A stretch of DNA of 64,000 bases from an uncultured Acidobacteriota bacterium (GTDB lineage Bacteria; Acidobacteriota; Thermoanaerobaculia; Multivoradales; JAHEKO01), in contig CAVQNG010000004.1 in NCBI GenBank assembly GCA_963713825.1, forward strand, positions 1-64,000, written 5' to 3'. Of this stretch, positions 21,184-31,357 are shown in pieces. Under the pieces are notes generated by a model. The model saw only the letters and a list, made by a program, of their open reading frames with translations, was not told the DNA's origin and did not search any database. Every line of letters starts with the position of its first letter. Positions within the stretch are counted from its first letter, which is position 1. The position numbers and the translations under genes were made by a program.

Positions 21184-22791
21184 ATGCAGCGTAGGAGCGC
21201 TGGTCGAAGTGGAAGCAGAGGCAAGAAGGTCGTTATCGTGGGAGCGGGGCCCGGAGGCCTGGCCAACGCGATGCTACTGGCCCAGGCCGGGTTCGATGTG
21301 GAGGTTCTCGAGAAGCAAGCGCGCGTTGGGGGTAGAACCTCGACCATCTCGGAGAACGGATTCAACTTCGATCTGGGCCCCACGTTCTTTCTCTATCCGC
21401 AGGTCCTGGAGAGCATCTTCAGCAGCTGCGGGATGGACCTGAATGATGAAGTCGACCTGATCCGTCTCGACCCCCACTATCGGCTGCTCTTCGAGGAGGG
21501 TGGTGAGCTCGAGATCACACCCGACATCGAGCTCTTGAAGGAACGGGTCGCAGCTCTGGCTCCCGAAGATGCACCGAACCTAGACAAGTTCATGAGTGAC
21601 AACAGAGAGAAGCTAGCCGCGTTCAAGCCGATCCTCGAGTCACCAATGGAGAGCATCAAGGATCTGCTGGGGCTCTCGCTCTTCGAGATGCTGCCGCTCC
21701 TGCGGCCATGGAAGAGCGTCGACCAGGATCTGAGCACCTACTTCCAGGATCCCCGGGTCAGGCTGGCCTTCTCGTTCCAAAGCAAGTACCTGGGCATGTC
21801 GCCGTTTCGGTGCCCTAGCCTGTTTACCATTCTCTCGTTTCTGGAGTACGAGCATGGTGTGTTCCATCCCCGTGGTGGGTGTGGTGCTGTGAGCCAGGCC
21901 ATGGCCCGTGCAGCCGAGAAACTCGGCGCCCGGATCCATCTCAACGAGCCGGTCGAGGAGATCCTCTTCGAGGGTCGCAAGGCCGTCGGAGTTCGATCCA
22001 GCAGTGGCGTCCGAAAGTGCGACGCCCTCGTCGTCAACGCTGATTTCGCGCACGCCATGTCTCACCTGGTCCCGAACCACCTGCGCAAGCGGTGGACGGA
22101 CGAGAAGCTCGAGAGGAAGAAGTTCTCCTGCTCCACGTTCATGATGTACCTGGGAGTCGAGGGGCGCATGGACGACCTCGCCCACCACACGATCTATCTC
22201 GCCGACGACTACCGCCAGAACCTGCGAGAAATCGAAGACGATCACGTTCTGTCGGAGCAGCCCTCCTTTTATGTTCAGAACCCGACTGTGACCGACCCGA
22301 GCATGGCGCCACGAGACATGAGCTCACTGTACGTCCTGGTCCCGGTCACTCACCAGCACTCGAATGTCGATTGGGCCCGGGACACAGAGAGCTTTAGAAA
22401 AGTGGTCGTGAAACAGCTCGAGAAGGTCGGCATCGACGATCTCGATCGACGCATTCGGTACGAGAAGATCCTGACTCCGTCCCACTGGGAGACCGAGCAG
22501 GGTATCTATCGGGGAGCGACCTTCAACCTCGCTCATACGCTGGGTCAGATGCTCAACAGGAGGCCGCACAACCGGTTCGAGGACCTCGAGTCCGTCTATC
22601 TGGTCGGCGGAGGTACGCACCCAGGCAGCGGTCTGCCTGTCATCTTCGAGTCGGCGAAGATCACTTCGCAGCTGATCGAGGAAGACGCTCAGGGGGTGGA
22701 AAAGACTACCTTCCTGCCCTTCCGAGGTGTAACCAAGGTGATCCCCGCTTGGAAGCAGTCCACCACGAGCCGACTGAGCAAGACTGCCTGA
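21184..22791 (+). CDS. crtN: Phytoene desaturase (CrtI) family protein, CrtN-like
   Basis: VIVGAGPGGL FAD motif, FDLGPT, SFQSKYLGMSP, LYVLVPV, YLVGGGTHPGSGLP; GGAGG ribosome-binding site. Confidence 0.85.
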   Translation: MQRRSAGRSGSRGKKVVIVGAGPGGLANAMLLAQAGFDVEVLEKQARVGGRTSTISENGFNFDLGPTFFLYPQVLESIFSSCGMDLNDEVDLIRLDPHYRLLFEEGGELEITPDIELLKERVAALAPEDAPNLDKFMSDNREKLAAFKPILESPMESIKDLLGLSLFEMLPLLRPWKSVDQDLSTYFQDPRVRLAFSFQSKYLGMSPFRCPSLFTILSFLEYEHGVFHPRGGCGAVSQAMARAAEKLGARIHLNEPVEEILFEGRKAVGVRSSSGVRKCDALVVNADFAHAMSHLVPNHLRKRWTDEKLERKKFSCSTFMMYLGVEGRMDDLAHHTIYLADDYRQNLREIEDDHVLSEQPSFYVQNPTVTDPSMAPRDMSSLYVLVPVTHQHSNVDWARDTESFRKVVVKQLEKVGIDDLDRRIRYEKILTPSHWETEQGIYRGATFNLAHTLGQMLNRRPHNRFEDLESVYLVGGGTHPGSGLPVIFESAKITSQLIEEDAQGVEKTTFLPFRGVTKVIPAWKQSTTSRLSKTA

Positions 22792-22807
22792 GGCGACAGG
22801 ATTCGGT

Positions 22808-24301
22808 ATGGCTATTCAATTCCAGAAGTCCGACGGCACGCCAGCCGCTCGCACGCCATCGCTGCATTCAGTAGCGCGGGCACGACGGGCGCAGCGACAC
22901 TGGTCGCAAGTCGGCGTCGGGCAGCGTTTGGAAGTCATCCAGAACTTCCGTTGGGCTCTTGCCGAGCAGGGATCCGAGTTGGCCCGCACCGTCGAGCTGG
23001 ACCGGTCTGGAGGCCTTGCGGAAACGCTGTCGGCTGAGATCTTGCCCCTGGCAGACGCGTGTCGTTTTCTCGAAGACGAAGCCACCACCCTGCTGCGCCC
23101 TCGTAGGTTGACCAGCAGAGGTCGACCGCTTTGGCTCTTCGGCACCTCGAGTGAGGTGCAACGCCAGCCCCTGGGAGTCGTCTTGATCATCGCGGCTTCG
23201 AACTATCCCCTGCTGCTGCCGGGAGTCCAAACGATCCAAGCCCTGGTCGCTGGCAACGCCGTGCTCCTGAAGCCAGGCCGAGACTGTTCGCAGGCCGCCC
23301 AAGCTCTGGTGAATATGCTCGTCGAATGCGGACTGCCCAAAGACCTGGTGGCGATCCTCGACGAGTCACCTGCGGCGGCACAGTGGGCGATGGACGCCGG
23401 GGTCGACAAGGTCCTTCTCACCGGCTCTTTGACCACGGGCCGTGAGGTTCTCGCTCGGCTCGTTCCGAACGTGACACCAGCCATCGTGGAGCTCTCGGGA
23501 TGCGATGCGGTGTTCGTTCTACCCAACGCCGACCTGAATCTCGTGGCGCGAGCTCTGGCCTTCGGCCTGAGGTTGAACGGCGGCGCGACGTGCATTGCTC
23601 CACGTCGGGTGTTTGTTCCCAAGAGCCGTCTCTACGCCCTCCAGCATCAACTGGAGAATGCACTGATCGACTCTCCGACCTTCGAGGTCGACTCGGCCAT
23701 AGCGTCTCTCGTCACCGACCTCATCGCCGAAGCCCAGGCGGAAGGTGCGACGGTGGCCTGCGGCGATGTCCCGAGCGAGAATCGTATGCGCCCGCTGGTC
23801 GTCAGCAACGCCACACCCGACATGCGACTCCTGCGCACAGATGTCTTCGCCCCTGTCCTTTCGTTGGTGGGTGTCAACGACGCGGAGGAGGCGTTGGCCC
23901 TCGACGCTCAGTGCCCGTATGCCCTCGGAGCGAGCGTCTTTGGCCCGACAGCCGAGGCCCAGCGCTTCGCAAAGCGGGTGCAAGCCGGAGTGGTCGTCGT
24001 CAACGACATGATCGCACCGACGGCTGATCCCCGCTTACCGTTTGGTGGCAGGGGCTCGAGTGGCTTCGGTTCGACACGAGGAGCGGAAGGGCTACTCGAG
24101 CTCACGGCGCCGCGCGTCGTCATTCAGCGCCACGCGAAAACGCATCCGCATTTCGAAACACTGCAGCCGGGCGATGAACGGCTGTTCGAGTCCTACCTGA
24201 AGGCAACACATTCCAGGCGTTGGAGTGACCGCTTCAACGGCTGGCGCAATTTGATTCGTGACCTGCGGCGCAAGAGCCGCGTCAAGAAGGAGGAGAAATG
24301 A
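22808..24301 (+). CDS. Aldehyde dehydrogenase (CrtNc/AldH-like carotenoid-aldehyde oxidase by context)
   Basis: SNYP, LLTGS, ELSGCD, NGGATC (catalytic Cys), PFGGRGSSGFG; lies between two desaturase-family genes. Confidence 0.8.
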   Translation: MAIQFQKSDGTPAARTPSLHSVARARRAQRHWSQVGVGQRLEVIQNFRWALAEQGSELARTVELDRSGGLAETLSAEILPLADACRFLEDEATTLLRPRRLTSRGRPLWLFGTSSEVQRQPLGVVLIIAASNYPLLLPGVQTIQALVAGNAVLLKPGRDCSQAAQALVNMLVECGLPKDLVAILDESPAAAQWAMDAGVDKVLLTGSLTTGREVLARLVPNVTPAIVELSGCDAVFVLPNADLNLVARALAFGLRLNGGATCIAPRRVFVPKSRLYALQHQLENALIDSPTFEVDSAIASLVTDLIAEAQAEGATVACGDVPSENRMRPLVVSNATPDMRLLRTDVFAPVLSLVGVNDAEEALALDAQCPYALGASVFGPTAEAQRFAKRVQAGVVVVNDMIAPTADPRLPFGGRGSSGFGSTRGAEGLLELTAPRVVIQRHAKTHPHFETLQPGDERLFESYLKATHSRRWSDRFNGWRNLIRDLRRKSRVKKEEK

Positions 24302-25833
24302 GCCTCTTGAAACATCGAGAACCCCGAGTCGGAATCGTTGGCGGAGGTCTGGGTGGATTGGCTGCGGCCTGCACTCTGGCGGCCCGAGGACACAACGTAA
24401 CCCTGCTCGAGAAGAACGCCTGGCTGGGCGGCAAGGCCGCGGTTCTGCAGGAACAGGGCTACCGCTTCGATATGGGGCCGACGATCCTCACCGTGCCCAA
24501 GGTCCTGGAGAGGATCTTCGCCGAAGCGGGCAAGAACCTCCATGACGAATTGGATCTGGTTCGGCTGGACCCCCAGTGGAGGTGCTTCTACGAGGATGGC
24601 TCGGTCCTCGATCTACTGCAAGACACGGCGCAGATGGCTCAGAGGATCGGCGAGTTCTCTTCAACTTCGGGTGATGAATCCAGCTACACCGATTTCCTCA
24701 AGCTGTCCGAGGAACTGCATGACATCTCTGATCGCTTCTTCTTCTGGAAATCGGTCGAAGACATTCAGGACACCATGGACCTGAAGGCGACGTTCAATCT
24801 GAGCGCGCTGCGCGACCTGGTAAGGCTGCGTATGGGTCGCTCGGTCGCCGGCACGATTCGAGGGCATATCGACGACCACCGGGTGGCCCAGATGCTGGAT
24901 CACTTCACACAATACGTCGGGTCCTCGCCGTACGAGTCGCCCGCGGTTCTGTGCAGCATCGCCCACATGCAGACCGAGGGCGGAGTCTGGTATCCGATCG
25001 GCGGCACGAGGGCGGTACCCGAGGCTCTGGCTCGCCTGGCCGAAAGCCTGGGCGTCGAAGTGCGGACCGAGACCGGCGTCCAGCGCATTCTCACCGACAA
25101 CGGCAAGGTGACCGGAATTCTCACCGACAGCGGTGAGACCCTCCCCTTCTCCACCGTGGTGTCCAATATGGACTCGGTGCGAACCTATCGCGAGCTCGTG
25201 GGAGGCGAGGTCGGAGAGCACTTCGACCAACGCCGCCGTTTCAAGCCGGCCTGCTCGGGAGTCGTTCTGTATCTCGGTCTGGATCGTGCTTACGAGCACC
25301 TGATGCACCACAACTTCGTCTTCTCGCGCGATCCGGAAGAGGAGTTCGACTGGATCTACAACCAGGGAGAGCCCGCACCCGATCCGACCTGCTATGTCGC
25401 AGCGCCTTCCCGCACTGAGGCGGCAGTCGCGCCGCCTGGAGGCGAGGCTCTGTACGTCCTGGTGCACACACCCTTTCTGGGTGCCCACCACGACTGGCGT
25501 CAGATGTTGCCAGACTACCGGCAGGTGATTCTGGACAAGCTCAAGAGCTGTGGTGGAATGGAGGACATCGAAGAGAGAATCGTGGTCGAACAGGCCCTGA
25601 CGCCACAGGACATTCACGATCGCTATAACGTCCTCAAAGGTGCGATCTACGGTCTCGCCAGTCACGGTCGCTTTCTGGGCGCCTTCAAACCAGGCAATCG
25701 GAGTCGGGAGATCGAGGGTCTGTATCTTGCTGGTGGAGCAGCTCACCCCGGCCCGGGCATGCCGATGGTGATGATGTCGGGCTGGATCGCGGCCGACTCG
25801 CTCGATAAGGACCAGCAACCCATCGCGGCCTGA
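24298..25833 (+). CDS. crtNb: Second CrtI-family FAD oxidoreductase, CrtNb/CrtP-like (diapolycopene oxygenase)
   Basis: GIVGGGLGGL, FDMGPTILT, HFTQYVGSSP, GAIYGLASHG, HPGPGMPMVMMSG. Confidence 0.75.
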   Translation: MSLLKHREPRVGIVGGGLGGLAAACTLAARGHNVTLLEKNAWLGGKAAVLQEQGYRFDMGPTILTVPKVLERIFAEAGKNLHDELDLVRLDPQWRCFYEDGSVLDLLQDTAQMAQRIGEFSSTSGDESSYTDFLKLSEELHDISDRFFFWKSVEDIQDTMDLKATFNLSALRDLVRLRMGRSVAGTIRGHIDDHRVAQMLDHFTQYVGSSPYESPAVLCSIAHMQTEGGVWYPIGGTRAVPEALARLAESLGVEVRTETGVQRILTDNGKVTGILTDSGETLPFSTVVSNMDSVRTYRELVGGEVGEHFDQRRRFKPACSGVVLYLGLDRAYEHLMHHNFVFSRDPEEEFDWIYNQGEPAPDPTCYVAAPSRTEAAVAPPGGEALYVLVHTPFLGAHHDWRQMLPDYRQVILDKLKSCGGMEDIEERIVVEQALTPQDIHDRYNVLKGAIYGLASHGRFLGAFKPGNRSREIEGLYLAGGAAHPGPGMPMVMMSGWIAADSLDKDQQPIAA

Positions 25834-25894
25834 CCGCCATCGGACCGCTGAAGAGAATCGGAATCCAACGATCAGATCCAAGGGACCCAGAACG

Positions 25895-26713
25895 ATGTCG
25901 GAGACAACCACCAACTCACCGGCGAGCGACCAGAACATGCCCGCAGTTTCTCCTCGGCTAGTGACGTGGTTCGCGCGCTACCTGCGGCGCTACTTCGCCC
26001 GCAGCTTCGACGCGATTCGGGTCAGCGGAGAGGATGTCCTCTCCGAGGTCGACAGCGGTCCACTGGTGATCTATTCCAACCATCCGTCCTGGTGGGATCC
26101 GATTCTCTTCATGCTTCTCAGCCAGGATCTCATCCCCGGTAGGCACGCCTACGGACCGATGGATTCCGAAGCTCTCGAGAAGTATCGGTTCCTGGCCAGG
26201 CTGGGTGTCTTCGGAGTCGAGCAGGGGACTCGTGCCGGGGCGGTCCAGTTTCTCAACACCGGAGAGGCCATCCTGCGTCGCCCCGATGCCGCTCTCTGGA
26301 TCACCGCTGAAGGCAGATTCACGGATCCCCGGCAGCGTCCCGTGAGACTTCGACCTGGGTTGAGTCACCTGATTCGACGAGTTGGCGCGGTCACGGCAAT
26401 TCCTCTCGCGGTCGAGTACACCTTCTGGAATGAGCGACTGCCCGAGATCCTGGTTCGCTTCGGAGACCCGGTCGAGTTCACAGCAGACGACCGACAAACG
26501 CCTATCACCGAGTTGACGATGCGTCTGGAGCAGGGGCTCGAATCGACTCTGGACCACCTCGAGACCTTGGCCCTGGAAAGAGATTCCTCAGCGTTCGGGA
26601 CCCTGCTGCTTGGCCGCAGCGGGGTCACCGGAATCTACGACTGGTGGCGCCGTCTGATCGCCAACCTGCAAGGCAAACCATTCGACGCCTCCCATGGTGG
26701 GGACCACTCATGA
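25895..26713 (+). CDS. PlsC-type acyltransferase, probable carotenoid acyltransferase
   Basis: NHPSWWD (HxxxxD) and ITAEG motifs; inside the carotenoid operon. Confidence 0.8.
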   Translation: MSETTTNSPASDQNMPAVSPRLVTWFARYLRRYFARSFDAIRVSGEDVLSEVDSGPLVIYSNHPSWWDPILFMLLSQDLIPGRHAYGPMDSEALEKYRFLARLGVFGVEQGTRAGAVQFLNTGEAILRRPDAALWITAEGRFTDPRQRPVRLRPGLSHLIRRVGAVTAIPLAVEYTFWNERLPEILVRFGDPVEFTADDRQTPITELTMRLEQGLESTLDHLETLALERDSSAFGTLLLGRSGVTGIYDWWRRLIANLQGKPFDASHGGDHS

Positions 26714-27837
26714 CCTTGGAACTTCTGGCGATTGCGGCGTGCGTCCTGGCGAGCGTTCCGGCCCTCAATGTCGCTGTGAACCTGCTTTTCTATCGGCCAG
26801 TCCCGAAAAGCGGTCAGCCCGGAGGCGAGATGCCTTCGGTGTCCGTGCTGATTCCAGCCCGCGACGAGGAGTCGAACATCCACAACGCCGCCTCCAGGGT
26901 GCTCTCGAACCGCTCGCGCGACCTCGAGCTGATCGTCGTCGACGACGACTCCCGCGATAGGACAGCCGAGCTCGTCGAGCAGTTCTCCGCTCAGGACTCG
27001 AGAGTCCGACTGCTCCGTGCGCCCCGACTTCCGGACGAGTGGGGTGGCAAGCCGCACTCCTGCTTCACCGGAGCGGCCAGTGCTGTCGGCGACTACTTCG
27101 TCTTCGTCGATGCAGACGTGGCCCTGGAGCCTGACGCCATCGAGCGCCTCGTCGCATTCATGGACAAGACCCGAGCCGACCTGGCGAGCGGCATCCCACG
27201 CCAGGTGACGAAGACCCTCACCGAGAAGTTGGTCATACCCTTGATTCACTTTGTCCTGCTGGGCTTCCTCCCGATGATGGGCATGCGATGGACCCGCAGG
27301 CCGGCCTTCGCAGCCGGCTGTGGACAGCTGTTCATCGCCAGGCGCACCGCCTACGAGGAGACCGGAGGTCACCAGGCCGTCAAGGCCTCGCGACACGATG
27401 GTCTCGAGCTGCCCAGGGCCTTTCGCAGGCGCGGCTTGAAGACGGAGCTGTTCGACGCAACAGACTTGGCGACCTGCCGCATGTACCACAATGGGACGGA
27501 AGTCTGGAACGGTTTCGCGAAGAACGCCACGGAGGGCATGGCCACTCCGACCGCCATCGTGCCCTGGACCCTCCTGCTCGTCGGAGGCCAGATCTTGCCT
27601 CCCCTCCTCTTGCTGACGGCCTGGCTGACCCATGCTGGAAGTTCGACGGTAGCGTTGGCCGCCGCCGCTACGGCCATGGCCTTCGTCACTCGACTGGTCC
27701 TGGCTTGGAGATTCGAACAATCTCTCCTCGGTGCCCTGCTCCATCCGGTGGGGATCGCAATCCTCGTTGCCGTGCAATGGTTCGCCTTGGTTCGTGAATC
27801 GCTGGGGCGCCCTCTCGCCTGGAAAGGCCGCACCTGA
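26710..27837 (+). CDS. GT2 glycosyltransferase (CrtQ-like)
   Basis: VSVLIPARDEE, VVDDDS, WGGKPHSC, FVDAD, CGQ, CRMY; overlaps the acyltransferase stop codon (ATGA). Confidence 0.85.
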   Translation: MTLELLAIAACVLASVPALNVAVNLLFYRPVPKSGQPGGEMPSVSVLIPARDEESNIHNAASRVLSNRSRDLELIVVDDDSRDRTAELVEQFSAQDSRVRLLRAPRLPDEWGGKPHSCFTGAASAVGDYFVFVDADVALEPDAIERLVAFMDKTRADLASGIPRQVTKTLTEKLVIPLIHFVLLGFLPMMGMRWTRRPAFAAGCGQLFIARRTAYEETGGHQAVKASRHDGLELPRAFRRRGLKTELFDATDLATCRMYHNGTEVWNGFAKNATEGMATPTAIVPWTLLLVGGQILPPLLLLTAWLTHAGSSTVALAAAATAMAFVTRLVLAWRFEQSLLGALLHPVGIAILVAVQWFALVRESLGRPLAWKGRT

Positions 27838-28784
27838 TGTCGATCGCGGTCGATGACGCGACAGCACCGTCACTCTCCGTGCGCCATGTGCGCAAGCGCT
27901 TCGGAACCGTACAGGCTCTCGACGGAGTCTCGTTCGACCTGAATCCCCAAGAGTGGATCGGACTGCTCGGTCCCAATGGGGCTGGCAAGACCACTCTGAT
28001 GAGCTCGATTGCCGGCCTGCTGCGACCCGACGAGGGTGAGTTCGAGCTCTTCGGCCAGCGGGTCAACCCCTGGGCCTCGAGCCGCGCCCGCGCGCTGCTC
28101 GGTATCGTGCCGCAGGAGATCGCCCTCTACTCACTCCTCTCTTCCCGGGAGAACCTGGAAGTCTTCGGTCGGCTGCATGGGTTGGCAGGCCCCGATCTCT
28201 ACCAGCGAGTCCGGTGGGCTCTGGGGTGGACTGGACTGGCGAACCGAGCCGACGAGCAGATCGGAGGATTCTCTGGCGGCATGAAGCGACGCCTCAACAT
28301 CGCCTGCGCCGTGCTGCACGAACCGCGAGTGGTGCTGCTGGACGAGCCGACAGTTGGCGTCGATCCCCAGGGTCGAAGCAAAATCTGGCACATGCTGGAC
28401 GAGCTCCGCAACAATGGCGCCGCCCTGATTCACAGCTCTCACCAGCTGCAGGAGATCGAAACCACCTGCGACAGGGTCATGATTCTGGATCACGGATCCC
28501 TCGTGGCATCGGGGCGGGTGGGCGATCTGGCCGACACCCTCGCTGCGGGACGCAAGACCGTCACCATCCTCTTCAATCGGGCTCCCGAATCACTGGATCT
28601 GGGAGAAGGATTCGTGATTCAAGGACGAATCGGCGAAGGCTCGGTGCGTGACGCCGGGCGCGAGCTGCCCGATCTACTGGCTCGCATCTCCTCCGAGGGC
28701 CTGGACATCGTCAGCCTCGAGGTCTCGACACCCGACCTTGAAGCAGTCTTCAGCGGTCTGACGGGAACGGAGCTGAGAGATTGA
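27837..28784 (+). CDS. ABC-2 type exporter ATP-binding protein
   Basis: [23 protein letters not shown]. Confidence 0.92.
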   Translation: MSIAVDDATAPSLSVRHVRKRFGTVQALDGVSFDLNPQEWIGLLGPNGAGKTTLMSSIAGLLRPDEGEFELFGQRVNPWASSRARALLGIVPQEIALYSLLSSRENLEVFGRLHGLAGPDLYQRVRWALGWTGLANRADEQIGGFSGGMKRRLNIACAVLHEPRVVLLDEPTVGVDPQGRSKIWHMLDELRNNGAALIHSSHQLQEIETTCDRVMILDHGSLVASGRVGDLADTLAAGRKTVTILFNRAPESLDLGEGFVIQGRIGEGSVRDAGRELPDLLARISSEGLDIVSLEVSTPDLEAVFSGLTGTELRD

Positions 28785-29947
28785 TCTGGACCATCTTCAG
28801 GCTCGGTTGGCTGCATCTGAAACGCGATCGAGTGGCGCTGCTGCTGACGTTCGCTTTGCCGATCGTGTTCTTTTCCATCTTTGCGGCTGTCTTCAGTGAT
28901 CTCGACACCGACCACCTGGAGAAGCTGGAGGCGGTCCTGGTCCTCGAGGATGAAGGGACGATTGCAGAGAGATTCGCCACCCTGCTCGAGCAGGAACCTG
29001 CACTGCTGATCCATCGGCTCGAGACTGGCGAAGGCCGAGCACTCCGAGAGTTCGCTGCCGAGCAAGTCCGGGAGCGTCAGGTGGACGTGGGAATTGTTGT
29101 TCCCTCTGGATTCGCCGATCGCCTCTCGGACTCGAGCAGCGAGGCTCGACCAGTCCAGGTGCTGGCCGACTCCTCCAATCCTCTCGTTGGCGAGCTGGCT
29201 GCGGGAATCCTGAACGCTGTGACGGTTCGCCTCACCTTCGAAGAGCTGGGCATGATCGACGATGGCAGCGCTGGCGAAGCACTCGAGTCTCCCTTCTCCT
29301 TCGAGATCGCCGATGTCGTTGGCGACGATGACGACAAATCCGCTGTCGCTTTCTTCTCGGCGGGCATCGGAGTCATGTTCCTTCTGTTCGCAGTCAGCGG
29401 GCGTAGCGGCATCCTGATTGACGAAAAAGAGAGTGGTGTCTTGAGGCGGGTCCTGGCGTCCAGACTGGGGCTGGGACAGCTCCTCATCGGGCACTGGCTG
29501 TTTCTCGCCGCCCTCGGCTTCGTACAGGTAACAGTGATGTTCGTCTGGGCATGGGCGGCCTTTGGCCTGGACCTTTGGACCGCCGCGCACCTCACTGGCT
29601 TCGTCATCATGACGGCAGTCTCGGCGGCGGCCGCTGCAGCCTTCGGACTCTTCCTTGCATCCGTCTGCAGGACCCGCATTCAGCTCGCAGGCGTCTCGGC
29701 CGTTGTCATTCTCGTCATGTCGGCCTTGGGAGGCAGTATGTTTCCACGCTACCTGATGCCGGAGGGGTTGAAGAAGCTGGGCCTGCTGACCTTCAACGCC
29801 TGGGCCCTGGACGGTTATCAGAAGGTCTTCTGGTATGAGACGGGCCTCGCCGATCTGATGCCTCAGGTGATGGTTCTGGTAGCGGTCACCCTCGCCTTTC
29901 TGCTCGCGACCCGAGTGCTCGCATCGAGACTGGTCCGCGATTCGTAA
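28781..29947 (+). CDS. ABC-2 type exporter permease
   Basis: N-terminal TM, extracytoplasmic domain, EKESG motif, C-terminal TMs with GGSMFP..MP; coupled to the ATPase gene. Confidence 0.85.
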   Translation: MIWTIFRLGWLHLKRDRVALLLTFALPIVFFSIFAAVFSDLDTDHLEKLEAVLVLEDEGTIAERFATLLEQEPALLIHRLETGEGRALREFAAEQVRERQVDVGIVVPSGFADRLSDSSSEARPVQVLADSSNPLVGELAAGILNAVTVRLTFEELGMIDDGSAGEALESPFSFEIADVVGDDDDKSAVAFFSAGIGVMFLLFAVSGRSGILIDEKESGVLRRVLASRLGLGQLLIGHWLFLAALGFVQVTVMFVWAWAAFGLDLWTAAHLTGFVIMTAVSAAAAAAFGLFLASVCRTRIQLAGVSAVVILVMSALGGSMFPRYLMPEGLKKLGLLTFNAWALDGYQKVFWYETGLADLMPQVMVLVAVTLAFLLATRVLASRLVRDS

Positions 29948-29962
29948 TCAGGAGTGACCCAC

Positions 29963-31357
29963 ATGACCGATCAGATCTTCGAGAAGACCAGTCGAATCGA
30001 AGCCAGTGCACAGGAGCTCTATGCGTGGCATTCGCGCTCAGGCGCCTTCACAAGGCTCTCACCTCCTTGGCAGCAGGTTCGGCTTCTCGCCGGCAGCACA
30101 GGTCTGCGCGAAGGCTCCCGCGTCGTTCTGGAGCTCAAATCCGGTCCCTTCCGCAAGATCTGGAAGGCCGAGCACCGCAATGTCCGGCCCGGGCTCGGCT
30201 TTCAGGATATTCAACTCGAAGGGCCCTTCGCTCGATGGGAGCACACCCATGAGTTCTCTCCGGTCAACGACACCAGCAGCGAGCTGAGAGATCGTATCTC
30301 CTTCCAGCTGCCGGCCGGGACCATCGGCAACCTCGCGGGCAAGGACTTCGTCCGGCGTCAGCTGGAACGCGTCTTCGCCTACCGCCACAGCACCACGGCG
30401 GACGACCTCCGACTTCTCGCCAAGTTTCAACACCTACCTCGCTTGAAGATCGCAGTGACAGGAAGCACCGGATTCATCGGCAGCGCTTTCACCCACCTGC
30501 TGACCACACAGGGTCACACCGTCTTGCCAATGGCCCGTGCGACGTCGGTGCAGAACCCAAATCTGGCGACCTGGAACACAGAGGATGGCGTCTTGAACCC
30601 GCAGAGCCTGGAAGGCGTCCATGCCGTAGTCCACTTGGCGGGAGAAAGCGTCAGCGACGGTCGTTGGAGTCGCACCAAGAAGGAACGAATTCTCGCGAGC
30701 CGGGGGCTGGGCACGACTCGGCTGGTCGATTCCCTTGTCGCCTTGAACGAACCTCCCAAGGTCCTGGTCTCGGCCTCGGCCATCGGCTTCTATGGCAATC
30801 GCGAAGACCAGATTCTCAATGAGCAAAGCGCCAGTGGTACAGGGTTTATCGCCGACGTAGCCGAGGCCTGGGAGGCAGCCTCCCAGAGTGCCTCCCAAGC
30901 CGGCATTCGGGTCGTCAATCCTCGATTCGGAGTCGTGCTTTCGCCGACAGGCGGTGCCCTGGCCAAGATGCTCCCACTGTTTCAGGTAGGCGCTGGAGGT
31001 GTCCTCGGTAGCGGCAAGCAATGGGTGAGTTGGATCTCTCTCGACGACGCCATCGCATCACTATTGCATGCGATCATGCGCCCCGACCTGCGAGGCCCCG
31101 TCAATATCACGTCACCGAGTCCCGTGACCAACCGGGAACTGACGGGGGTTCTCGCCAGGGTCGTGCGACGTCCAGCCCTTGCCAGAGTGCCCTCCATCGC
31201 CGCCAAGGTGGCCTTCGGAGAAATGGCTGAAGCGATGCTCCTGGCCAGCACCCGAGTGATGCCAGAGAGCCTCGAGGACGACGGCTTCGAGTTTCGACAT
31301 CCGGATCTGGAGACCGCATTGCGGCATGTTCTGGGCAGAACAACACTGGCTACATGA
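29963..31357 (+). CDS. SRPBCC domain fused to TIGR01777 (YfcH-like) NAD-dependent oxidoreductase
   Basis: N-terminal AFTRLSPPW..GPFARWEHTHEF; C-terminal VTGSTGFIG, VHLAGE, SASAIGFYG, WISLDD. Confidence 0.85.
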   Translation: MTDQIFEKTSRIEASAQELYAWHSRSGAFTRLSPPWQQVRLLAGSTGLREGSRVVLELKSGPFRKIWKAEHRNVRPGLGFQDIQLEGPFARWEHTHEFSPVNDTSSELRDRISFQLPAGTIGNLAGKDFVRRQLERVFAYRHSTTADDLRLLAKFQHLPRLKIAVTGSTGFIGSAFTHLLTTQGHTVLPMARATSVQNPNLATWNTEDGVLNPQSLEGVHAVVHLAGESVSDGRWSRTKKERILASRGLGTTRLVDSLVALNEPPKVLVSASAIGFYGNREDQILNEQSASGTGFIADVAEAWEAASQSASQAGIRVVNPRFGVVLSPTGGALAKMLPLFQVGAGGVLGSGKQWVSWISLDDAIASLLHAIMRPDLRGPVNITSPSPVTNRELTGVLARVVRRPALARVPSIAAKVAFGEMAEAMLLASTRVMPESLEDDGFEFRHPDLETALRHVLGRTTLAT

